Of a stretch of 64,000 nt of DNA, positions 51,111 to 61,934 are shown in pieces; within the stretch, counting starts at the first letter, position 1, and each line of letters starts with the position of its first letter. The notes beneath the pieces were generated by a model. The model ran no database searches and was not told the origin of the DNA. It saw only the letters and a list, made by a program, of their open reading frames with translations. The stretch comes from Hypanus sabinus (Eukaryota). The position numbers and the translations under genes are program-made. The stretch spans positions 149,048,001 through 149,112,000 of the forward strand of contig NC_082709.1 in NCBI RefSeq assembly GCF_030144855.1, in the 5' to 3' direction.

Positions 51111-52199
51111 GCTTTGGCTACTCAAATGAAAGTGGATCTATTTACATTTAAGGTACCAGTTTGTAACCAACAGTTTACACTTGGAATAGTGAATTCTACC
51201 GTTATAATGCACTGTTAGATCTCTAGTTTAATCTGAGATCTTGCAGATCTTGCCAGCACTTCCACAGAATCATAAGTACGAAACTGGGTAAAAATTTTGG
51301 CTACCCATGGTATCGCATTTGGCTAACTATACTTCAGAAGAAAACTTTGTGCATAGGTATACAGTATAACTAGGATATTTTTAAATGTAATTGTAGGATT
51401 ACATTTAAAAATATTGTCCTATTGAGCGATTACCATGTAATTTGTTGAATTAGTTGGATGTAATTTTTATTTTGCCAAAAGACTTTTCATTAGCGGTCAG
51501 TAATGCTGCGTATTCCACATTGATGCATTTCCTGCCTGTTTACATTTACCTATTTATAGATACATGTAGTCTACATTTATCAAAATAAAGCTTTTGTGAT
51601 AACTTTTGTGGATTGCAATAATAAAGATCAACATTTCATTATGTAAACAAATATTTAAAAAAAAATGAGACTAGTAATTGAAAAAAACTCTCCAATCCAT
51701 AGCTCATCTTGAAAAATGAAATGGAACATCATTACACAAAAAAGGATGTACTAAACTGATTCTTGGGTTAGTGGGTCAGCTGTTCAAGGGAGAGATTAAG
51801 TTGGGTGGGTTTACTGAGAGGGGGGCTCATTTATCCATTGAGCTTTGCAAGTATTTCAGTACATTTCCACTGACTGGAATGTCTAGAACTCTCAAAATTA
51901 GGGTTTACTGATTTAAGATGGGGTATAAATCTTTATTGTAACTTGTGATCTGAGTGACCAGAGAGACAATGAAGCTGGTGATATAAAGGTCTTTATTCTT
52001 CACAAGTTTGCATTCTCCTGGAGACCCACAGTAGAGTCTCTCGTATTCAAAGTACATCATATTTTTGTCCTTCAGATCAATAACAATAGATATTCAATCC
52101 AATTTCAATAGTTACAGTGACATCATTTATTTCATTATTTTAGGTTTGACAATGCTTCCTGTGAGGTACCTATCTACAGTGGAAGCATATTTTCATGTT

Positions 52200-53160
52200 C
52201 AGATACCTGAAACATGAGAAATTCTGTATATCCTGAAAATGCAAAACATCACACAAACTGCTGGAGGAACTCAGCAGGTCAGGCAGCATCTAGGGAAATT
52301 AATAAAGTGTCAGCATTTTGGGCCAGGACCCTTCTTCAGGACTGGAAAGGAAGGGGGTAGATGCCAGAATAAAAAGGTGGGGGTGGGAAAGGAGGATAGC
52401 TAGAAGGTGATAGGTGACACCAGGTAGGTAGGAAACTTAGAAGCCTAGAAAACCTACATCACAATACAAGCCCTTCGGCACACAAAGCTGTGCCAAACCT
52501 GTCCTTACCTTTGAAATTACCTAGGGTTACCAACAGCCCTCTATTTTTCTGAGCTCCATGTACCTATCCAGGAGTCTCTTAAAAGACCCTATCGTATCCG
52601 CCTCCACCACCGTCACCAGCAGCCCATTCCATGCACTCACTCTGCATTGAAAAAAATTTGTCCCCGACACCTCCTCTGTACCTACTTCCAAGCATCTTAA
52701 AACTGCCCCCTCTTGCTAGCCATTTCAGCCCTGGGAAAAAGCCTCTGACTATCCACACGATCAATGCCTCTCATCATCTTATACACCTCTACCAGGTCAC
52801 CTCTCATCCTCCGCTGCTCCAAGGTAACAAGGCTGAATTCACTCAACCTATTCTCATAAGGCATGCTCCCCAGCCCAGGCAACATCCTTGTAAATTTCCT
52901 CTGCACCCTTTCTATGCTTTCCACATCCTTCCTATAGTGAGGTGACCAGAACTGAGAACAGTATTCCAAATGGGGCCTGACCAGGGTTCTATATAGCTGC
53001 AACATTAACTCTCGGCTCCTAAACTCAGTCCCACGGTTGATGAAGGCCAGTGCACCGTATGCCTTCTTAATCACAGAGTCAACCTGCACGGCAACTTGAG
53101 TGTCCTATGGACTCGGACCCCAAGATCCCTCTGATTCTCTACACTGCCAAGAGTATTATT
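52200..53160 (-). mobile_element. Penelope terminal-repeat fragment (+ orientation, to about 52430) then CR1 3' end
   Basis: acacacaaactgctggaggaactcagcaggtcaggcagcatct motif; ORF 52697..53089 (LVRPHLEYCSQFWSPHYRKD). Confidence 0.8.
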
Positions 53161-53379
53161 ATTAATATTCTAAATGGTAAAGTCTGGAGAGGAAGGGGAG
53201 GAGTAGGGGCCCGGGGGAGATGATAGTGAGAAGAGGTAAAAGGCCAGAGTTGGTTGGGACAAAGTAATGTCTAAAGGCTTCTGGGGAGAGAGATGCCAAA
53301 AACCCAAAATTAATCTGTGAGGGCTTTAAGTAAGGAAATATCTCAACCATGGATTGATCAGGTGTGTCTGTGTGATGTG

Positions 53380-53460
53380 CTCAGTGACAATCTCGGTCTG
53401 CTCTGCAAGCTTCCTTGTACTCAGTCAGCATGGTGTAAATAACTTAAGCAGCGTCATCTG
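53380..53460 (-). pseudogene. Candidate cytoplasmic exon with ITIM-like VIYTML
   Basis: Minus strand DDAA*VIYTMLTEYKEACRADRDCH*; motif at 53426-53443; in-frame TAA just upstream. Confidence 0.35.
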
Positions 53461-53699
53461 GTTTGATGTACACCAATTAGCATAACCCCATTGTTTTATG
53501 AAAAAGAAAAGAATCGAGTGCTTTCAAAGCATATATGACAAATAAACTCCTCTCAGGCTGATTTTAACCAACGGTTTGATGACAAACTCTGCTGTCTTCA
53601 TCAGTGACAATAGCTAGGAATGTCTAGTCCTGTGGTATACATACTCCCAACCATCCTTCCTTCCTGATTGGTTAGTTCTCATCCAATCAAGTTTCTGTT

Positions 53700-54190
53700 G
53701 TCCCAGTTTGTTTACAATTAAATTCCAGTTCTTACTAATTTTATTTCAATGTGATGAGATGCACGGTGGAAACCCAAATCAAGGAGCATAGAAGTTGTAT
53801 CTGTTTGGGTTACACAGAGAAATCAGTGGTAGCAAAATACTGCATTCACAACGGCCATGGGATTGACTTCGATGGTACAAAACTGCTGTGCCAGGCAAAT
53901 GTCTTTGGGGATCACCTGGTGAAGGAAGAGATTGAAATAAAACAAGAGAAAAAGAATTTTAACAAAGACGAAGGTCTTGCTCTAAGTAAGAACTGGAATT
54001 TGATCATAAATAAGGCAGTACAGCAGAAACCTGATTGTATGACGTCTAACCAATCAGGAGGGACAGACTGCAGGGGTATAAATATGCCCAGGCATCATCC
54101 CTGATGAAGATGACAGAGTTTGTCATTGAAGCATCAGTTAAAATCGGTATCTGTACCTGGCTGGAAGCCCGAGAAGAGTTTATTTCCCAT
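53700..54190 (+). mobile_element. Penelope GIY-YIG endonuclease C-terminal fragment
   Basis: ORF 53751..54104: IKEHRSCI...KSVVAKYCIHNGHGIDFD...FNKDEGLALSKNW. Confidence 0.8.
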
Positions 54191-54309
54191 TGTGTTTGGC
54201 TGATGCAAACCAGAACTCATGGTCACTTCACTTTGTAAGCCATATCTTTTAGCAGCCAAACATATTGTTTGTTTGCAAAATTGTCCTTTTAATTTACAGA
54301 ATTGTTTAC

Positions 54310-54350
54310 TTTAAGAACTGAAGACTGTTTCTTGCTTGAATTCATATCTG
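54310..54350 (-). CDS. Candidate first cytoplasmic exon of an orphan receptor
   Basis: tagcag|(A)DMNSSKKQSSVLK|gtaaac, in phase with the TM exon. Confidence 0.45.
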
Positions 54351-54426
54351 CTATATTCATATAATTTCTTAGCTTCAGAATAATCCCCAATATAGCTTCT
54401 AAAGAATTTCATTCATTGCGACTTAC

Positions 54427-54519
54427 CAACAAAACTGAACGCAATCAGTACCAGCAATAATAAACTAATTCCCACGATGATGATGACAGCATGTAGGATA
54501 AATGGGATGAGGTGGTCAT
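54427..54519 (-). CDS. Transmembrane exon of a type I membrane protein
   Basis: ccatttgcag|AT...G|gtaagt, 93 nt phase 1-1: DDHLIPFILHAVIIIVGISLLLLVLIAFSFV. Confidence 0.8.
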
Positions 54520-54638
54520 CTGCAAATGGAGTATACAGATCATCATCATTTAAGAACCTTTAATGCAAACTGAAATTCTTGCTGAATTTTCAAAAATTCT
54601 GGCCATTTTACAAATCAAATAACTGAGAGACAAAAGAC

Positions 54639-54686
54639 TTGGCGTAGGTGGCTTCTTTGTTTTCTGCGGTTTTGTTTTCAAGGGAT
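54639..54686 (-). CDS. Candidate Pro/Lys/Thr-rich stalk exon
   Basis: cttag|DPLKTKPQKTKKPPTP|gtcttt, 48 nt phase 1-1; weak donor. Confidence 0.3.
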
Positions 54687-55321
54687 CTAAGCATCTTAAA
54701 ATAAATTGGATTGTCACTGACCTACTTTTGCATGTGTATGACAATCACATGTTTTTGCCCATTATCTGCATTTCTTCTAGGGTTAACTCTAACCTTAAAA
54801 AGCACAGATAGGAAATGTGAGTTTTTTTAAAAAGTAAAAATGATATAAAAACCAGATGTTGAAATTAATCAGTTTGTCTGATGCAAATTATATTTTGTTT
54901 ATTAATGAGATGTGCTAAATGTGGTTCAGTGTAATTCATGCAGCACAGTATGAAACAAGTATTGTAAATGTCATAATATCTGAATGTTCTAGAATTTGAT
55001 AGCGTCTGTCAATAGTAAATGAAAAGTAAAACATTCCAGATTTTGAACATTTCAAATTCTGAAAATATTTGTCATTTGGAGAAGGAACATTTCAGATTAA
55101 ATATTAATGATGTAATTGAATTTCCTTAGTGTATACTTATTCTAAGTAAATCTAAAGGAATAACTTGTGGATTCAGAAGTCCAAAATATATTCAGTATTT
55201 TTTAAAAAAGGAAATGATCATTCTAACCAATTAGCATCAATTCATTCCATATCATTATTAGCTGCTCTCATGGGGGAGGGAATTAACAGTGGCTAGAGAT
55301 CATGTGAAATCAAATGTGCTT

Positions 55322-55766
55322 TCAAAAGTCTAGCAATGATTTGATGTCCTTCCGTGACCAAGTTTCTGTAAATATCTCCATGGTGCATCCTTCGTTACTC
55401 GGTGCCCGTGCAGACCCTGATTTATAACTGCACCCATATATTCACTTTAATTGTGCAATTTAGATTTTCCACTACACATCTGTTTCATCTCAAACTATTG
55501 CAGTTACTTGACCACAAGTAAACTGTGTGGTAACTTACATTTTTCCACAAGTTAAATTCTGGTTTTAATTGTTTTAACTAAATATTATGCCTCACTATAT
55601 TCCAAATATACACTGATAAGATTATAATAACACTCTAGGAGAGTGACAATATTTATGATAAATTATGTTTGATTAAATACAATTTAAATACCCCAGGATT
55701 AATCTTGCTGGACTCACAGTTATTTTCCTTTATAGTATAGTAGCATATATATTCAGCTGAAGTCTG
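55322..55766 (-). pseudogene. Paralog of the gene 3 tail: exon 55718-55766 and terminal exon 55322-55416
   Basis: 55350-55570 aligns with 32140-32360; terminal exon CTMEIFTETWSRKDIK versus gene 3 CTAEKFAETCSWLDIR; upstream exon cacag|QTSAEYICYYTIKENN|gtgagt. Confidence 0.55.
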
Positions 55767-55829
55767 CTGTGCAGATGGTTTAAAGAACAGTGATATTAGG
55801 AAAATAAATTCAAGCATACATTAATTTTC

Positions 55830-57400
55830 CAATGGTAAATTCCCTCCATGCACCTATCAAATTTCTCTTAAATTCACAATTTCTGCTGGCAGTTCATTCT
55901 GCACTCTCACCACCCTCTAGGTGAAGAAATTCCCCCTCATGTTCCCTTTCAACAATTCTCCTTTCATCTTAACCCATGACCTCTAGTTCCGGTCTCACCC
56001 ATTCTCAGTGGAAAAAGCCTGCTCGCATCTATTGCTCAGAATTTTGTATACCTCCATCAAATCTCCTCTCATTCTTCTGTGCAATGTGGACTAAAATCCT
56101 AACCTATTCAACCTTTCCCTATAACTCAGGTTCTCGGGTCCTAGTACTATTATTGCAAATTTTCTCTGCACTCTTTCAATCTTATTGACTTGGTTCCTGT
56201 AGGCAGGTGGCCAGAAATGCACACGGTACTCCAAATTAGGCCTCACCAACGTCATATACAACTTCGACATAACACTGCCAACTCTGGTACTCAATACCGG
56301 ACTATGAAGGCCTATGTGCCAAAACCTTTCTTAATGGCTCTATCTGTGATGCCACTTTCTCAGAATTATGGATCTATATTCCCCAGTCCCTCTGTTCTAC
56401 CATACTCCTCAGTGCTCTACCATGTAAACCCAAGCAGGTTTGTCCTACCAAAATGCACCTCCTCACACTGCCAGTTTTCAGCCAGTTTTTGTCATCTGGT
56501 CCAGTTCCTATTCCAAGCTTTGATAGTCTTCCTCACTGTCGGCTACACCCCCAATTTTGCTGTCATCACAAATTTGCTTATTGCTTATGTACAAGACCCA
56601 GAACATATTCTCTGAAATGGATAACACTGAGGAATTTGAAGCTGCTGACACTCTCCAAGCCTGATCTCCTAATGAGGACTGTCTTATGGACCTCCAGTTT
56701 CACCCACCTGTAGTCAATAATCAGCTCTTTGGCCTTATGACATGCAGTGAGTGGTTCCTGTTGTAGCACCACACAGTCAGGAATCTCATTCTTATCCACA
56801 GAAGCATCTGTCTGTTCCCCAAACCAATGACACCACTATCATTACAGCTCACCTCTTTTCCTCCCTTCCCTTCTCAGCCACAGTGCCAAAGACCTGACTG
56901 ACCATAAGAGCAGAATTGAGCCATCACATCTGCCCCACTAGTTCATTATGGCTGATCCATTTTTCCTCTTGGCCCCAATCTCCTCCCTTCTCTCCATTTC
57001 CTCTCCTGCCCCAACCAATCAAGAATCTATCAACCTCTGCTTTAAAATGTACAAAATGACTTGGCCTCCACAGCTGCCTGTGACAACAACTTCCATAGAT
57101 TTACCACTCTCTGGTAAAGAAATTCCCCTTCATCTCCATTATGAAAGCCTCTATTCCGAGGCTGTGGTCTCTGGTCCTGGACTCTCCTACCATTAAAATC
57201 ATCTTCTCCACATCCACTCTATCAAGACCTTTCAACACTCGATATGTTTCAATGAGGTCACCTCTCATTCTTCTTAATTCCAGTGAATACAGGCCCAAAG
57301 CCATCAAACACTTTTCATATGACAAGCCATTCAATCCTGGAATCATTTTCCTATGAAGAACTCCTATGAACCCACTCCAGTGTCAGTACATCCTTTCTAA
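55830..57400 (-). mobile_element. CR1 3' fragments and a Rex1-like fragment
   Basis: ORFs 56091..56294, 57101..57346 (CR1) and 56578..56799 (KAKELIIDYRW). Confidence 0.75.
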
Positions 57401-57419
57401 GAGAGGTTGTTTAAGAGAT

Positions 57420-58068
57420 AACAGATCCATTGGTCATGATCTTTCAAGAATCAACTGATTCTGGATGGTTCCAGAAGAGTGCAAATGTTATTCCACTCTT
57501 TAAGAAGGCAAAGGAAAGGAAATTATTTGAGCATGTAGTTATTAAGAAAGAGGATGTGCTGGAGCTTTTGGAAAGCATCAGGTGGGATAAGTCACTGGGA
57601 CTGGACAAGATGTATCCCAGTCAACTGTGGGAAGCATGGGAGGAATTTGCTGAGCCTCTGGCAATGATTTTTGCATCACCAATGTGGATGGGAGAGGTTC
57701 CAGAAGATTGGAGGGTTGCGGATGTTGTTCTGTTATTCAAGAAAGTGAGTAGAGCTAGCCCAGGAAATTATAGATCAATGAGTCTTACACCAGTGGTTGG
57801 TAAGTTGATGGAGAAGATCCTGAGAGGCACGATTTATGAACATTTGGAAAGGCATAATATGATTAGGAATAGTCAGCATGGCTTTGTCAAAGGCAGTCAT
57901 GCCTTGTGAGCCTGATTGAATTTTTTGAGGATGTGACTAAATGCATTGATGAAGGTAGAGCAGTAGAAGTAGTGTATATGGATTTCAGCAAACATTTGAG
58001 TAAGTATCCCATGAAAGGCTTATTGGGAAAGTAAGGAGGCATGGGATCCCAGGGGATATTATTTTGTG
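57420..58068 (+). mobile_element. CR1 RT fragment, continues at 61935-62990 after the Gypsy insertion
   Basis: ORF 57430..57909; colinear with window 1-410; resumes tgtggacccagaactggcttgc. Confidence 0.85.
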
Positions 58069-61000
58069 TGTAACCCCCAGGTCGCCTCAGCTTGTTCTCG
58101 TCTAGGGGGAGCAGCCTTCGGCCCCACCAAACTGGGTAATCAGCTGGTGTGGATGCTGTGTGATGTCCCCGCCTTGCCCAAAAACAGACAGTTCACCATA
58201 TGCGATTAAATTAGTACAATTTATAAAGGTTACTATAACTAAGTGATTAATAACGATACAGTATATATGAAGGGGAAAAAAATAAAGAAAAGGCGCCAAA
58301 CTTATCAAAGTCCAAACCACTTCGTGCACAACCATTGGAGCTCAATTACTGAAGTCTTCTGGCCACTATTCAATCCCCTCTGAACCCCTCGACTCGCTGC
58401 TCAGGACCACCCGAAGTGGTCAACCAAGCACATCTATCTTTGTCTCCTCTCCTCGGGGCACCTCCTAGCCTCGGACACCCCCCTTGGGGTCCGTTCCACG
58501 CCCAGTTTACAGCATTGCGTCCTCTCTCTCTCAACCCCTCGCGCCGATCTCCCCAAAAGCCCGCCAACAATAGCTCACAGACTCAGAAGAAAGAACAACA
58601 TTAATCCCAATTGGTTAACAAAGGAATACAATTCTCGTTAACGGTAAATTTTAACCCAAACAAGCTTCCAGCACTCTCTCGTAACAAAGAAGCATTCCTA
58701 CTTTTAACAAAACAAAGAAGCCATTTTGATTACATACACAGTCACAAAGAAAAAGAAGAAATCCACTTTACACTCTCCCCCCACCAAATAAAAGTCATGT
58801 CCTGATGACTATTAAATAACTCACCACCTTTCCTGCCAACACACCGTAACCCAAGCACAAACAGTGACATCTCCTCCCCACACAGTAACCCTCACGCCCT
58901 GTTCCTCAGGCGCTACCTAGGCCAACTATCTGGGAGTTCCCTAACCCTTCTGAGACCTCCGTACCCCCTCACCTAAACCCTTCAGGCTCGGACACAACTG
59001 GGGATACCTTGGGCCCACTACCAACTCCTCTCTCAACCTCTCACTCATGCCCCACACTGCACACAGCTAACCCTCCCCGCTACACCTGACTCAATGGGAG
59101 AAGGGCCAAAGGTCTCTTCCTCAATCGAGGGAAAGTCAGCAAAAGGCAGCATGTACCACACATCCAGCACATTATCCATCGAATCTGTATTCTTCCTCAT
59201 TTCTGCGATTGGTAGCTGCTGTTTGATCTTCTCCAAATGGAAACACGTGGCCTGCATTGCTCCTGCAGTCTCTTCAGCCTCCTGTTCAGCATTCACGGCA
59301 CTTCTCTCCAACTTTTTCTTCCTCATGACTTCTTCCAGATCAACTTTCTCCAGTCTCTTCATCTTCATTTCAAACTTGATTCTGTAGATACAGTCACTCA
59401 TGAGCTGCGACCTTCGCCAGCCCTGGCACGTGTCCAGAAAACACTTTAACTCTGTAGTTCTCAGCCACTCCTGCAACGACCTCACTTCATATTCTCCTGA
59501 GGCAAATCCAAATACCAAGATATCATCCACATACACCAAAACGCCTCCACATCCCCTATGGTCTTCCACCTGCCCCGCAGGAAGGTTGCAAGGGCTCCGG
59601 ATATGCCCTGTGGCATCTTTTCGGACTGGAAGACTCCTAGGGAATTTATAACGGCCGTCTTCTTCTTGTCGGCCCCACTCATCGGGATCTGGCAACATCC
59701 ACTCCTCAGATCCAGCACCTTAAACCACGTCACACCACTCAGACAGGCCATCGCCTCTCTGGCCCTCAGGGCCATATTCTGGTCACTGACAGTGCGCCTC
59801 TTCAGCGCAATATAATCCACACACATGCTGCCTACGTCTTCCACGGCTTCAGGGGCCAGTCGCCGCAACCTCTCTCTCTCTCTCTCCGAGGTGTCTTCAG
59901 CGGTCAACTTCCCTCCCTCGTGGTATTTCGCAGTGTCCAATAAGAGGGTCTCACCCTCGGATACTTCCCCCAGGCCGTACCACCACCGGCTCTTGTTTGA
60001 ATTCGGTATCGGCCCAATGCTGCTACACATGTCCGCACAAGCAGCTCGAAACTCTGGGTGCATCGACAATGCCTCCAAACAGCGCTCACCCGCCTCCTCT
60101 GGGCAGACCCCCAAGCGCACCAGCAGGATATTGGTTCTCTCCAGAACCGAAATGCTGCCCATCTCAAAAGTGTCCGGACACATCAGCATTAACGATTCAC
60201 GAACCTCAGTCACCTCCACATTTGCCTCTAAGAACTCCATTTTCACTGACCAACAACCGTCATCTGGATAATCACCGACACCGGCACCCCAAATCTCCAG
60301 TGCCCTCAATGTCGTCAAGGGTAAATGCTTCCAATAATGGTTAGAAAACAAACTGTAAAGCAAATTAACCAGCGCCCTGGTGCCGAGGATGGCTTTAGCT
60401 TGACTTCCATCCACCCGTAACAACACCTGTGCGCTTGGTCCCTCTAAGCCTTCAGGAATAGGGTCTGTTCCTTTCGGGAGTTCCTTGGTACATTGCTGGG
60501 AACGTGCTCCCCCAGAGACCCCAAGCCGTTCCCCCACTGGGCCTCCTCTAAGTTTCCCCGACACCTCTCGGATCAACGGAACAACTGATCCCCTTGACAG
60601 ATCCCCTTGGCACTGCAAGCAATTTATCTGCCCCCCTAGACAAAAGGGATACCCTAAAAACTTCCCACCAATCTCCTGCCACGTATATGATAAGCCCCCC
60701 AGCTGCGGCATTTGACTTCCAGTCGAACCACACACATTTTCCCACACTTTCACATAACTGACAGCTGTCACCCCGAGGTAATTGTACCCAACAGTTCTAA
60801 CAATGCCACCAGCCCGCCTACTCAAACTTCCAACCAATTCCTGTCGCTTTCCCTCAGCCAAGCACTGCCACTCACCCAACAACTGAGGGGTCCGCTCCGC
60901 CCACGCCTCCGCCCCTTTAGGGCTGGATATTATTCCAACAACCGGGCGGAGCTCACCACTGCTGAAACATCCCAACCTGTCACCCCTCACTCTCCAAACA

Positions 61001-61934
61001 GTACGGACAACCCATGGTCCCACCACCATTTCGTCAGCGTTAGTCGGAACTCGAACAACGCCCCCTGGGGCACCAACAGCCACCCCACCCAACACACATA
61101 CAGAGATAACCAGCAATCGCACACCCACAAAGGCACACCAGCTCTTTGCCACAGACATAATTTAAATAGGGTGATCACACAGCTTCCACGGAAATCAACC
61201 CCGGATGAGCACCCCACAATGTAACCCCCTGGGTCACCTCAGGCTCGCTCAGCTCGTTCTCGTCTAGGGGGAGCAGCCTTTGGCCCCGCCAAACTGGGTA
61301 ATCAGCTGGTGGGGATGCTGTGTGATGTCCCCGCCTCGCCCAAAACCAGTCAGTACACCATATGCGATTAAATGAGTACAATTTATAAAGGTTACTATAA
61401 CTAAGTGATTAATAACGATACAGTACATATGAAGGGAAAAAAAATAAAGAAAAGGCACCAAACTTATCAAAGTCCAATGGTTATTCGTGCACAACCATTG
61501 GAGCTCAATTACTGAAGTCTTCTGGCCACTATTCGAACCCCTCTGAACCCCTCGACTCGCTGCTCAGGACCACCCGAAGTGGAAAACCAAGCACATCTAT
61601 CTTCGTCTCCTCTCCTCCTGGCCTCGGAACTCCCCCCCCCCCCCCTTGGGGTCCGTTCCTCACCCAGCTTACAGCATCGCGCCCTCTCTCTCTCACCCCC
61701 TCGCGCCAATCTCCCCAAAAGCCTGCCAACAATAGCTTACAGACTCAGAAGAAAGAACAACATTAATCCCAATTGGTTTACAAAGGAATACAATTCTCGT
61801 TATCAGTAAATTTTAACCCAAACAAGCTTCCAGCACTCTCTCGTAACAAAGAAGCATTCCTACTTTTAACAAAACAAAGAAGCCATTTTGATTACATACA
61901 CAGTAACAAAGAAAAAGAAGAAATCCACTTTACA
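58069..61934 (-). mobile_element. Gypsy/Ty3 LTR retrotransposon, decayed and internally deleted
   Basis: LTRs 58069-58772 and 61220-61934 (TG...CA); 4-bp TSD TGTG; purine tract at 58773-58785; tRNA-Pro-like PBS (ttgtggggtgctcatccggg); protease-like and RT motifs ([26 protein letters not shown]); no integrase seen. Confidence 0.9.

Noticed and set aside
59482-61158. 558-aa ORF as a host membrane protein
   Set aside because: Lies between Gypsy LTRs and carries decayed protease and RT motifs
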